64,000 nucleotides of DNA from the NCBI GenBank assembly GCA_965261455.1, contig OZ253453.1:3511372-3575371 (forward strand), read 5' to 3'. The position numbers and the translations under genes are program-made. Positions 45,810 to 55,077 of this stretch are shown in pieces. A model generated the notes under the pieces. It had not been told where the DNA came from and did not search any database. It saw only the letters and a program-made list of their open reading frames with translations. Each line of letters begins with the position of its first letter. Within the stretch, counting starts at the first letter, position 1. This DNA is from Dehalococcoidia bacterium. GTDB taxonomy: Bacteria; Chloroflexota; Dehalococcoidia; SHYB01.

Positions 45810-45899
45810 GGAGTCTCCCTTCATGGAATGCATGGGCCGCCCGCGCGGCGGGCCTATTATACTCACCCTCCCGCGTCCGTGCGCCCCCGGTCGCCCGGG

Positions 45900-45928
45900 G
45901 CGCGGCCGATGACATCGGTGGGGCGGTT
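45900..45928 (+). promoter_or_regulatory. near-consensus sigma-70-type promoter for tRNA-Gly (TGACAT-N17-TATAGT with TGn extension)
   Basis: -35 TGACAT at 45900-45905, 17-nt spacer, -10 TATAGT at 45923-45928, 16 nt before the tRNA 5' end. Confidence 0.4.
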
Positions 45929-45944
45929 TTGGTATAGTGAGCCT

Positions 45945-46019
45945 ATCCCCGCGGGCGGAAGTGGCTCAGTGGTAGAGCATCTCCTTGCCAAGGAGAGGGT
46001 CGCGGGTTCGAATCCCGTC
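45945..46019 (+). tRNA. tRNA-Gly (anticodon GCC)
   Basis: Acceptor stem GCGGAAG/CTTCCGC, D-arm GGCTCAGTGGTAGAGC, anticodon stem-loop TCTCC-TTGCCAA-GGAGA (GCC), T-arm GCGGGTTCGAATCCCGT, encoded CCA. Confidence 0.85.
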
Positions 46020-46072
46020 TTCCGCTCCATTCTCCCCCTCTTTAGACTCGGCAGCCCAGCGGCGCTTGGCGT

Positions 46073-46882
46073 TTGAAGGATGCAATGGCAGGACCCGGCG
46101 GCGCGACCCCCCGCACCATGACCGTGGAGACAAGCGTCGCATCGCTGCGCGTGACCGTGCGCGGTGAGGGGGCCAGCGTCGTCATGGTCCCATCCCTGGG
46201 ACGCAACGTCGAAGACTTCGATGAGTTGGCCGAGACGCTTGCCCGCGATGGCTACCGCACGGCGGCGCTCTCGCCGCGAGGAATCGGCGGCAGCACCGGA
46301 CCGCTGGAAGGCCTGACGCTCCGCAACCTCGCCGGCGACGTCGCCGCCGTGATCGACGCGCTCGACGCCGCTCCGGCGCATCTGATCGGCCACGCCTTCG
46401 GCAATCAGGTGGTGCGCTGCACGGCGGCGTGGTTTCCCGATTCGGTGGGCTCGGTCACCCTGCTCGCCGCCGGGGGCAAGGTCCACGCGGCGACCGAGGT
46501 CCTGAACGCTTTCTCCAGCTTCCTCGCCGGTGGGCTTTCCGACGACGAGGCCCGCGCCGCGATCAAGCTGGTGCACTATGCGGAGGCCAGCGATCCCTCG
46601 CCCTGGCTGAAGGGATGGTGGCTGGAGGCGGCGCAGGCGCAATCGAGCGCCGTCCGCAGCGCGGTCCTCGAGGAGTGGTGGGAGGCAGGCCAAGCGCAGC
46701 TCCTCATCATCCAAGGCCTGGAGGACGCCATCGCGCCGGTTGCGAATGGCCGTCAACTGGCCGAGGTGCTGGGGGACCGGGCCAAGCTCGTCGAGCTCGC
46801 CAACGCCGGCCACGCACTGCTCCCGGAGCAGCCCGACGCGATCGCCCAGGAGATATCCGCCTTCCTCGCGACCTTCGCGTGA
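46073..46882 (+). CDS. alpha/beta-fold hydrolase family protein
   Basis: ~260-aa alpha/beta hydrolase-like sequence (start possibly the internal MTVETSV); nucleophile-elbow-like GHAFG. Confidence 0.5.
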   Translation: MKDAMAGPGGATPRTMTVETSVASLRVTVRGEGASVVMVPSLGRNVEDFDELAETLARDGYRTAALSPRGIGGSTGPLEGLTLRNLAGDVAAVIDALDAAPAHLIGHAFGNQVVRCTAAWFPDSVGSVTLLAAGGKVHAATEVLNAFSSFLAGGLSDDEARAAIKLVHYAEASDPSPWLKGWWLEAAQAQSSAVRSAVLEEWWEAGQAQLLIIQGLEDAIAPVANGRQLAEVLGDRAKLVELANAGHALLPEQPDAIAQEISAFLATFA

Positions 46883-46942
46883 GGCTGTACCGAGAGTCTC
46901 AGGGACAGAGGGGCAAAGGTTCGCTAGAGGAGAAGGAACGCG

Positions 46943-47269
46943 ATGATCTACGAGCTGCGGACCTACGACGCTCACCCCGGCAAGCTCGGCGCGCTGAGCC
47001 GGCGCTTCGCCGACCACACCCTGGCGCTCTTCGACCGCCACGGCATCAAGTCCGCGGGGTATTGGACCGACGCCAAGGATGCCGCGAGCAACCGCCTGAC
47101 CTACCTCCTCGCGTTCGAGAGCGAGGAACAGTACAAGACCGCCTGGGCGTCGTTCATCGCAGACCCCGACTGGAAGGCGGTCCGCGAGGAGACCGAGGCG
47201 GACGGCCCGCTGGTCGAGACGATAGGCTCGACGCTGCTGTGCCCCACGGACTACTCGCCGCTGCGGTGA
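46943..47269 (+). CDS. NIPSNAP-family protein
   Basis: 108-aa protein MIYELRTYDAHPGKLGAL...YLLAFESEEQYKTAW typical of NIPSNAP/Dabb-fold proteins. Confidence 0.65.
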   Translation: MIYELRTYDAHPGKLGALSRRFADHTLALFDRHGIKSAGYWTDAKDAASNRLTYLLAFESEEQYKTAWASFIADPDWKAVREETEADGPLVETIGSTLLCPTDYSPLR

Positions 47270-47273
47270 CGCC

Positions 47274-48143
47274 CTAGCCGGCGCCCCATGTTTCGCCGAA
47301 CTGGACGGTGAAGAGTATCTGGCCCGTCATCACGTCCGGTGTGACGTTGGCGAGGTAGAGGAGGGCCGGCCCGATGAGCTCCGGCGTGCAGGGGTCGCGG
47401 GGGAACTCGCCCATGAAGTCGTAGTCGTCGGAGTTCGTCTCGATGCCGCCTTCGGTCAGGATCATGCCGGGCGCGAGGGCGTTGACCGCCACGCCGTGCT
47501 GCGCCATCTCGCGGGCTAGGACCTGGGTCTGGCGATTCAGGCCGTGCTTGGTCGTGGTGTAACAGATGATGCCCTGCGCCGACTTGAGCCTGCCGCTCGC
47601 CGTCGGGTCCGGCGAACCCGTCGTGATGTTTATCACCGAGCCCGACCCCCGCTCGATCATGTGGGGCAGGACGTGCTTGGCGCAGAGGTACGGCCCGAGC
47701 ATGTTCACCCGGAAGACGGCCTCGTACATCTCCGGCGTCACCTCCAAGGTGTTGAATCGGGGAAAGATGCCGGCGTTGCTCACCATGACGTCGATGCGTC
47801 CGAAGCGGTCGAGCGCCGCCTGCGCCATCGCGCGCACGTCGTCCTCGTTCCCTACGTCGCAGCGCACCGCCATCGCCGTGCCGCCCGCTTCCTCGATTGA
47901 CGCCACGGTCTCCTGCAGGCTGCCCGGTAGGAGGCCGGCCAACTGCCGCGCCCCCTTCCCCGCGTGCATTTCGCCGGGCATGTGCATCGGCGCGTCGGTC
48001 AGCGCGGCCGGCTTGTCGGTGCGGGCCCCGACGACGACGCTCGCCCCTGCCAAGGCCAGCGCTTGCGCGTAGGACCGGCCCGTGCCGCGGCTCGCCCCGG
48101 TGACAATCGCGACCTTGCCTTCAAGACTCCGTTCGATGCCCAT
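47274..48143 (-). CDS. SDR-family oxidoreductase
   Basis: VTGASRGTG cofactor motif and YxxxK (YTTTKHGL) catalytic motif. Confidence 0.8.
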   Translation of the reverse strand: MGIERSLEGKVAIVTGASRGTGRSYAQALALAGASVVVGARTDKPAALTDAPMHMPGEMHAGKGARQLAGLLPGSLQETVASIEEAGGTAMAVRCDVGNEDDVRAMAQAALDRFGRIDVMVSNAGIFPRFNTLEVTPEMYEAVFRVNMLGPYLCAKHVLPHMIERGSGSVINITTGSPDPTASGRLKSAQGIICYTTTKHGLNRQTQVLAREMAQHGVAVNALAPGMILTEGGIETNSDDYDFMGEFPRDPCTPELIGPALLYLANVTPDVMTGQILFTVQFGETWGAG

Positions 48144-48166
48144 AGCACCACCTCCGATTCAGGCGT

Positions 48167-49033
48167 TCACTCGCCGCCCCACGTTTCGCCGAACTGCACG
48201 GCGAAGAGTATCTCACCGGTCATGACGTCTGGGGTGATCCCGGCGAGGTAGACCACGGGCGGGCCGATGAACTCCGGCGTGCAGGGGCCTCGGGGGAACT
48301 CGCCGAAGTCGAAGTCGTTGGCGAGCGTCTCCACGTCGCCCTCGGTCAAGATCATGCCCGGCGCGAGCGCGTTGACCGCAACGCCGAGTTGGGCCGTCTC
48401 GCGGGCTAGAATCTGCGTCAGGCGGTCCAGCCCAGCCTTCGTCGTCATATAGCAGAGGATACCCTGCGCCGATCTGAGGTTGGCGGTCTCCTCTGGGTCC
48501 GGCGAGCCCGTCGTGATGTTGATCACCGACCCCGAGCCCCGCTCGATCATGTGTGGCAGGACGTGTTTGGCGCAGAGGTACGGACCGAGCATGTTCACCC
48601 GGAAGACCGCCTCGTACATCTCCGGCGTCACCTCCAGGGTGTTGAGTCGCGGAAAGACGCCGGCGTTGTTCACCAAGACGTCGATGCGCCCGAAATGATC
48701 CAGCGCCGCCTGCGCCATGGCTCGCACGTCGTTCTCGTTCCCTACGTCGCACCGTACGGCTACCGCCGTGCCGCCGGTCTCCTTGATCGAAGCCACGGTC
48801 TCTTGCAGGCTGCCCGGCAGGAGGCCCGCCAACTGGCGCGCACCCCTGCCCGCGTGCATTTCACCGGGCAGGCGCATCGGCACGTCAGTCAGCGCGGCCG
48901 GCTTGTCGGTGCGGGCCGCGACGACGACGCTCGCCCCCGCCATCGCCAGGGCTTGGGCGTAGGCGCGCCCCGTGCCCCGGCTAGCGCCGGTGACGATTGC
49001 GACCCTGCCCTCCAAATTCCGCTCGATGCCCAT
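48167..49033 (-). CDS. SDR-family oxidoreductase (tandem paralog of 47274-48143, ~85% aa identity)
   Basis: Same motifs; near-identical architecture. Confidence 0.8.
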   Translation of the reverse strand: MGIERNLEGRVAIVTGASRGTGRAYAQALAMAGASVVVAARTDKPAALTDVPMRLPGEMHAGRGARQLAGLLPGSLQETVASIKETGGTAVAVRCDVGNENDVRAMAQAALDHFGRIDVLVNNAGVFPRLNTLEVTPEMYEAVFRVNMLGPYLCAKHVLPHMIERGSGSVINITTGSPDPEETANLRSAQGILCYMTTKAGLDRLTQILARETAQLGVAVNALAPGMILTEGDVETLANDFDFGEFPRGPCTPEFIGPPVVYLAGITPDVMTGEILFAVQFGETWGGE

Positions 49034-49198
49034 AGCGCACTCCGCCGCACGCAGACCTCGCGGGCTTCACCTACACTTGCAGGGAGGCCAAGCCAAGCGC
49101 CCCGCCAGGCGGCGATTATAGCCGCCAACCCACCTTTCCCCTCATCCGTGGGGAGAGGGCCGGGGTCGGCGCTTGCGATACCAAGGAGGCCCGCCGCC

Positions 49199-50095
49199 AT
49201 GCCGAAAGTCGCGCTGGTTACCGGAGCGAGCCGAGGGATCGGGAAGGTCATCGCGGCGCACATGGCGCTGCGGGGCCTCGACGTCGCCCTCGCCGCCCGC
49301 TCCGTCTCCGAACGGGACGTCACCCCCTACCCAGGGACCATCCACGCGACGGCGGCGCTGGTTGAGTCGCTCGGCGCGCGGGCGCTACCCCTTCGGTGCG
49401 ACATCGGCGTCGAGGCCGAGGTTGAGGCCGCCGTCGAACGGGCGCTTGATCACTTCGGGCGTGTCGACGTACTGGTGAACAACGCGCGCTACGAAGGGCC
49501 GGCGATGTGGGACGACTTCGCCGCCAGTTCGTGGGATGAGATCGGCAAGCTGCTCGATTGCAACGTCCGCGCCCCGCTGCGCTTCATGCACCTGCTGGCG
49601 CCGGCTATGCGCGCCCAAGGCGGCGGGCTCGTCATCAACATCACCACGACGATGGACTACCACCTCGACCCCGCGTATCAGCCGGGGAAGGGGGCCACGA
49701 CGTCGCTCTATCCCTCAACCAAGGCTCACCTCAACTGGGCGACGATGATGCTCGCTCGCGAGATGCGCCGCGACAACATCGCGGTAATCGGCGCGCACCC
49801 GGGCAGCGTGCTCACCGAGCGCGTCACCACGCAGGCCATGGGCGCCTTCGACCCCCGCAAGCGCTACACCGCGCACGTCCCCGGCGTCATCGCGGCCCAC
49901 CTCGCCACACTCGCCGACCCCATGGCGTACACGGGGAAGATCCTCGATGACCCGCTCGGCTTCGTCCGGGAACACGGCCTCATGGCCGAAGCGGACATCA
50001 CCTATCCCTTCCGCGAAGACCCCTCCGGCAACGCTGAGGTCTACGATCCCTTCAGCGAGCCCTTTTGGCGCCGCATCACCGGGCAGCGCCGCTAG
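49199..50095 (+). CDS. SDR-family oxidoreductase
   Basis: VTGASRGIGK and YPSTKAHL; GGAGG RBS before the ATG at 49199; the listed 514-aa ORF is an over-extension. Confidence 0.7.
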   Translation: MPKVALVTGASRGIGKVIAAHMALRGLDVALAARSVSERDVTPYPGTIHATAALVESLGARALPLRCDIGVEAEVEAAVERALDHFGRVDVLVNNARYEGPAMWDDFAASSWDEIGKLLDCNVRAPLRFMHLLAPAMRAQGGGLVINITTTMDYHLDPAYQPGKGATTSLYPSTKAHLNWATMMLAREMRRDNIAVIGAHPGSVLTERVTTQAMGAFDPRKRYTAHVPGVIAAHLATLADPMAYTGKILDDPLGFVREHGLMAEADITYPFREDPSGNAEVYDPFSEPFWRRITGQRR

Positions 50096-50206
50096 CCGCC
50101 CCACGGTTGGTAGGACGGACGCCGCCGGCGGGGTCGACATCCCCCGCTTCTTCAAAGTCGTGCTCACCCACTAGCCTCGGGCCGCGGAGCCCGGCATACT
50201 GCGCCC

Positions 50207-50962
50207 ATGGGACGGCTCACCGGCAACGTGGCCATCGTCACCGGCGCCAGCCGGGGCATTGGCAAGGGAATCGCCGCCGACCTTGGGCGTGAGGGGGCCG
50301 CCGTGGTAGTCGCCGCCCGCAGCGTCGAGCCGCGCCCGGGCCTTCTCGGCTCCATCGGCGAGACCGCCGGCGCCATCGAGGCCGCCGGCGGCAAGGCCAT
50401 CGCCGTTCCCTGCGACATCACCGACGAGGCCAGCGTCGACGCCCTCTTCCAGCGCACCCTCGACGAGTTCGGACGCGTCGATCTCCTCGTCAACAACGCC
50501 GGTGGATCGGGGACCTTCGCCCCTGTCGAGGGCTATCCCATGCGCCGCTTCGATCGTGTCGTCGCGCTCAACGTCCGCGGGACCTTCCTATGCTGTCGCG
50601 CCGCCATCGGGCCCATGACGAGCCAGGGTGGCGGTGTCATCGTCAACGTCAGCTCCGATTCCGCCCAGTACCTCGCCTTCCCCGACGACGCGATCTACGG
50701 CATGGTCAAGGCCGGAATCGAGCGGCTCACCCTCGGCCTCGCCGAGGAATTGCGCGGGCGCGGCGTCTCCGTTGTGGCCTTCTGGCCCGCCAAGGTCAAG
50801 ACGGAAGGTGCCCAGGCCATCCACCCGCCCGACTTCGATTGGACCGACTGGATCGACCCCGAGGATGTCGGCCCCGCCGTCGTCGACCTCGCCACCGGCG
50901 CCGCCGCCCGCTACAACGGCGAAGTCCTCGACCTCCGCCGTCACGGCAAAGACTGGCCGTAG
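50207..50962 (+). CDS. SDR-family oxidoreductase
   Basis: VTGASRGIGKG and YGMVKAGI. Confidence 0.8.
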   Translation: MGRLTGNVAIVTGASRGIGKGIAADLGREGAAVVVAARSVEPRPGLLGSIGETAGAIEAAGGKAIAVPCDITDEASVDALFQRTLDEFGRVDLLVNNAGGSGTFAPVEGYPMRRFDRVVALNVRGTFLCCRAAIGPMTSQGGGVIVNVSSDSAQYLAFPDDAIYGMVKAGIERLTLGLAEELRGRGVSVVAFWPAKVKTEGAQAIHPPDFDWTDWIDPEDVGPAVVDLATGAAARYNGEVLDLRRHGKDWP

Positions 50963-51005
50963 CGGGTCCGCGCCGCGCACCCGCACCACTCCCGAGAGGC
51001 GCCTC

Positions 51006-52073
51006 ATGAAAGTCTCCACCAGCTTCTTCACCGGCTACGCAGTCAAGGACTGGGAGGAGCTGACCGAGTTCGCCCTGGCATTGGAGCGCGTCGGGGTGGC
51101 GGGGCTGTGGTCGCCGGAGGCATGGGGGCACGACGGCGCGACGCCGCTGGCCTACCTCGCGGCGAAGACCTCGACGCTCGAGCTCGGAACGAGCATTCTC
51201 CAGGTCGGGGCTCGCACGCCGGCAAACCTTGCCATGACCGCCATGTCGCTGCACTCGATGTCGGGCGGACGTTTCAAGCTCGGCATCGGCACGAGCGGCC
51301 CGCAGGTGATGGAGGGCTGGCACGGCGTCGTCTTCGACCGCCCCGTGCAGCGCACCCGCGAGACCATCGAGATCGCGCGGCGCATCTTCCGGGGCGAACG
51401 CGTCTCCTACGAGGGGGAGCTCTACCGGCTGCCCGCCCGCGACGGCGAGGGCAAGCCGCTGACGAGCGTTGCCCCGCCCACGCCCGACCTGCCGATCTAC
51501 GTCGCCTCCCTGGGGCCCGCCAATCTGCGGCTCACCGGCGAGCTCGCCGACGGCTGGCGCGGCACCTCGTTCATGCCGGAGCACGCCGACGTCTTCTTCG
51601 GCCCCATGGCCGAGGGCGCGGCGAGCGCGGGCCGGTCCCTGAGCGACCTCGACCTGCAGGTCGGCGGCACGGTGTGGTTCACCGATGACGTCGACGCGGC
51701 GGTCGAGGAGATGCGTCCCGCGCTGGCGTTCAGCCTCGGCGCGATGGGGTCGCGCCGCCACAACTTCTACAACAACGCGTATAAGCGGGCCGGGTACGCC
51801 GACCTCGCCACCGAGATACAAGAGCTGTGGCTCGCTGGCAAGCGGGACGAGGCGCGGCGGCTCGTCCCCGCCGAGGTCATTCTGAAGACGCACCTCATCG
51901 GGACGGACGAGATGATCGCCGACCGCATCCGCGCCTACCGCGACGCCGGCGTCACCACCATCAGCGCGCGGCCCGCGCCCAAGGGCCTTCCCGGCGCCGA
52001 GCCCGGGGCCAAAACCCGCATCGGCGTGCTCGAACGCTTCGTCGATCTCGTCGAACGGGTCAACGCCGAGTAG
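51006..52073 (+). CDS. LLM-class F420/flavin-dependent oxidoreductase
   Basis: Luciferase-like TIM-barrel sequence from MKVSTSFFTGYAVKDWEEL... Confidence 0.75.
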   Translation: MKVSTSFFTGYAVKDWEELTEFALALERVGVAGLWSPEAWGHDGATPLAYLAAKTSTLELGTSILQVGARTPANLAMTAMSLHSMSGGRFKLGIGTSGPQVMEGWHGVVFDRPVQRTRETIEIARRIFRGERVSYEGELYRLPARDGEGKPLTSVAPPTPDLPIYVASLGPANLRLTGELADGWRGTSFMPEHADVFFGPMAEGAASAGRSLSDLDLQVGGTVWFTDDVDAAVEEMRPALAFSLGAMGSRRHNFYNNAYKRAGYADLATEIQELWLAGKRDEARRLVPAEVILKTHLIGTDEMIADRIRAYRDAGVTTISARPAPKGLPGAEPGAKTRIGVLERFVDLVERVNAE

Positions 52074-52122
52074 CCGCGCGCCAGGAGCGGCCCCAAAGCC
52101 GAAAAAGAGGAGGCGTGGCGGT

Positions 52123-53178
52123 ATGGGAACGCGCATCGATTTTGGACTCGCCTACAACTTTCGGAACCCGGAGGCGTTCAAGCAGGACCCCGCCGAGTTC
52201 TACGAGGACATGTTCCAGCAGATCGCCTACGCCGAGGAGGTGGGCTTCGACAGCGTCTGGCTCCCCGAGCATCATTTCTCGCCCGCCGACGGCTACAACC
52301 CCTCGCCGCTCACCGTGGCCGCCGCCATTGCGGCTCGCACCAAGCGCATCAAGATCGGCACGTGGCTCCTGTTGCTCCCGCTGAACAACGCGCTCAAGGT
52401 CGCCGAGGACGCCGCCATCGTCGATATCATCTCCAACGGCCGGCTCATGCTCGGCATGGGGCTCGGCTACCGCAAGGAAGAGTTCGACGCCTTCGGCATC
52501 GACCGCCGCCACCGCGCCGGACGTATGGAGGAGGGCCTCGAAGTCATCCGCGGCGCGTTGGGCGACGAGCCGTTCTCGTTCTCGGGACGGCACTACCAAC
52601 TTGAAGGCGCCTCCGTTTATCCCAAGCCGGTGCAGCGTCCACTGCCGTTTTGGGTAGGCGCGCGGAGTATCCCCGCGGCCCAGCGCGCCGCCCGCCACGA
52701 CGCCTCGCTCCTCCTCATCGATGTCGGGGGCAACGCCAAAGAGACTTACGCCGCCTACAGCGACGGCCTCCGTGCCCGGGGCCGCGACCCTAAGGACTTC
52801 GGCCTGCAAGGGATGATCGTGGACTCCTTCTTCATCTCCGACGACCCCGCCGCGACGATGGAGGAGATCCGCCCCTACGTCGAGTGGCAGTCCGCGGCAA
52901 TGAAGGGCTGGTATGAGGAGTCGGCCTACAGCGGGCACGATCCCGCCCTCTTGGAGGTGCTGCAAAGCCAGGGTCGCCGCCGGTCGTGGGGTCTGAGGGG
53001 CTACGTGGTCGACGACCCCGGCGAGATCGCGCGCCGCGTCGAGGCCAAGCTCGACGAGGCGCCCTACACCCACCTCGTGTTCGGCGGGGGCAACACCACG
53101 CCCTCCGGGTTCCCCGCCAAGAAGATGTATCCCTACATGGAACGCTTCGCCCGCGGCGTCATCGACCGCTTCCGCTAG
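52123..53178 (+). CDS. LLM-class F420/flavin-dependent oxidoreductase
   Basis: Luciferase-like sequence with a FDSVWLPEHHF region. Confidence 0.75.
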   Translation: MGTRIDFGLAYNFRNPEAFKQDPAEFYEDMFQQIAYAEEVGFDSVWLPEHHFSPADGYNPSPLTVAAAIAARTKRIKIGTWLLLLPLNNALKVAEDAAIVDIISNGRLMLGMGLGYRKEEFDAFGIDRRHRAGRMEEGLEVIRGALGDEPFSFSGRHYQLEGASVYPKPVQRPLPFWVGARSIPAAQRAARHDASLLLIDVGGNAKETYAAYSDGLRARGRDPKDFGLQGMIVDSFFISDDPAATMEEIRPYVEWQSAAMKGWYEESAYSGHDPALLEVLQSQGRRRSWGLRGYVVDDPGEIARRVEAKLDEAPYTHLVFGGGNTTPSGFPAKKMYPYMERFARGVIDRFR

Positions 53179-53225
53179 TGCCTGTGCTAGAATCGCGCCG
53201 CCAATCCCCCACGCGGAGGCTCACT

Positions 53226-53651
53226 ATGGCGTCAACGATGCAGAAGTCCACCATTACGATCGAGGCTGCCAAAGCCATGATCGAGGCGTCGGAGGCCAAG
53301 GCCCGCGAGATCGGCGTGCCGATGTGCACCGCCATCGCCGACCCTGACGGCAACCTGAAGGCGTTCAGCAGGATGGACGGCGCGGCGCTCCTCTCGATCA
53401 AGATCGCCCAGGACAAGGCCTACACCGCCATCGCCTTCGGCCTCTCCACCAAGGACTGGTGGCAGTTCATCAAGGACGACGGCCCTCTGCTCCACGGCAT
53501 CACCCACGCCGAGCGAGTGGTCATCTACGAAGGCGGCATTCCCATCCAGAAGGACGGCCAGATCGTCGGCGGCATCGGCGTCAGCGGCGGCTACTACACC
53601 CAGGACCAGGAATGCGCCGAGGCCGGAATCGAGGCCTTCGGCAAGCTCTAG
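53226..53651 (+). CDS. GlcG/HbpS-family (DUF336) heme-binding-like protein
   Basis: GGIPI...DGQIVGGIGVSGG signature; start at MASTMQ. Confidence 0.65.
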   Translation: MASTMQKSTITIEAAKAMIEASEAKAREIGVPMCTAIADPDGNLKAFSRMDGAALLSIKIAQDKAYTAIAFGLSTKDWWQFIKDDGPLLHGITHAERVVIYEGGIPIQKDGQIVGGIGVSGGYYTQDQECAEAGIEAFGKL

Positions 53652-53797
53652 CCCCTGTCTTAACCCCTTCCGTCCGCGCGCCCCTTCCGCATCTGGACAA
53701 GGGAAGCGGGCCGGATGGAGAGCGTCCCCGGTTGAGCATCCGCCGCACCTACCGTTAGAGTGTCCGCGCCGGGCTTCTGTGCCGGCATAGAGGACTC

Positions 53798-55051
53798 TTG
53801 GCCCCAGAGGACGTCTCGGCCGGACCCAAGATCGGCATGCTGCGCGCCCGCGCCGGGCGCAGCCTGAGCCCGCTCGTCCACGACGACTTCCGCCGCCTCA
53901 TCATCGGAAGCGGCGCTACCGGCATCGCCAACTGGGTGCAGCAGATCGCCAAGGGTCTGCTGGTCTTCCATCTCACCGATTCCTACCTTCAGCTCGGCCT
54001 CGTGATGTTCGCCCAGGGCTTCCCCATGTTTCTCAGCTCGCCCATCGGCGGCGCGCTGGCCGACCGCTTCGATCAGCGCACCGTAATCTGGATGAGCCAG
54101 GCGGTGATGAGCATGGTGGGCGTGGCGCTCGCGCTGCTTGTTCTGACCGACGTGGTGGCGATCTGGCACATCTACGTCCTGGCGGTAATGAGCGGCATCC
54201 TGTTCGGCATCAACGGCCCGCCGCGCCAAGCCATCGTCTACGACCTGGTAGGGCCCGGCGATCTGCGCCAGGCCATCGCGCTCAATTCGATGGTGCAGAA
54301 CATGGCCCGCGTCCTCGGCCCTCTGATGGGCGCGGGGCTTGTGGCCGCCATTGGGCTGGAAGGCGCCTTCTTCCTCCAGGCCGCCGGCTACCTCGTCGGC
54401 ATGGTCACCGTGCTCATGATCCAGACCCGCAGCCCAAGGCGCGCCTCCTCGGCCGTCTCGCTCCTGAGCAACCTAAGGGAAGGCCTTGCCTACGTGCGCC
54501 CCGACCGGCTCCTGAACGCCCTCGTGATCATCGCCGTCATCAACGCCGGGATGGCCTGGCCCTATATGAACCTAATGCCCGCCTTTGCCGTCGATACCTT
54601 AGGACTCAGCGATAGCGGCTTTGGCCTGCTCATGGCGGGCGCGGGCGCGGGCGCGTTTATCGGAGCGACGGGGGTCGTTTTTCTCGGCGAGTCTCGCCAC
54701 GGCGGGCACATCCTCGTGTGGACGGTGCTCGGCATGGGCTGTGGTCTGGTCGCCATGTCCCTCACCGACCTCCTGCCCCTCATCGCCGCGCTCGTCGTTG
54801 GCATGGGCCTGTTCAGTGCCGTCCAGCAGATACTCAACAACACCCTGATACAAGTCCACGTGGACGACCGATACCGGGGCCGCGTGACCTCGCTCTACTT
54901 CCAGACGTGGGGGCTCACCCCGGTGGGCGGCCTTGCGATCAGCGCGCTCGCCGAGGCCATCGGCCTGCAACAGGCGTTCTTCGTCACGGGCCTCGCCATC
55001 CTCGCCGTTACGCTGTGGCTCTACGCCGCGTCGCCGATCCGGCGGGCGTAG
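53798..55051 (+). CDS. MFS transporter
   Basis: 12-TM-like profile, 417 aa. Confidence 0.7.
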   Translation: MAPEDVSAGPKIGMLRARAGRSLSPLVHDDFRRLIIGSGATGIANWVQQIAKGLLVFHLTDSYLQLGLVMFAQGFPMFLSSPIGGALADRFDQRTVIWMSQAVMSMVGVALALLVLTDVVAIWHIYVLAVMSGILFGINGPPRQAIVYDLVGPGDLRQAIALNSMVQNMARVLGPLMGAGLVAAIGLEGAFFLQAAGYLVGMVTVLMIQTRSPRRASSAVSLLSNLREGLAYVRPDRLLNALVIIAVINAGMAWPYMNLMPAFAVDTLGLSDSGFGLLMAGAGAGAFIGATGVVFLGESRHGGHILVWTVLGMGCGLVAMSLTDLLPLIAALVVGMGLFSAVQQILNNTLIQVHVDDRYRGRVTSLYFQTWGLTPVGGLAISALAEAIGLQQAFFVTGLAILAVTLWLYAASPIRRA

Positions 55052-55077
55052 AACTCCCCACGCACGCAGCTAGCGCG

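Noticed and set aside
45653-45866. Peroxiredoxin as a simple frameshift/nonsense pseudogene
   Set aside because: The TGA falls exactly at the catalytic Cys codon and both halves stay in one frame. Kept as the alternative hypothesis inside the selenoprotein finding.
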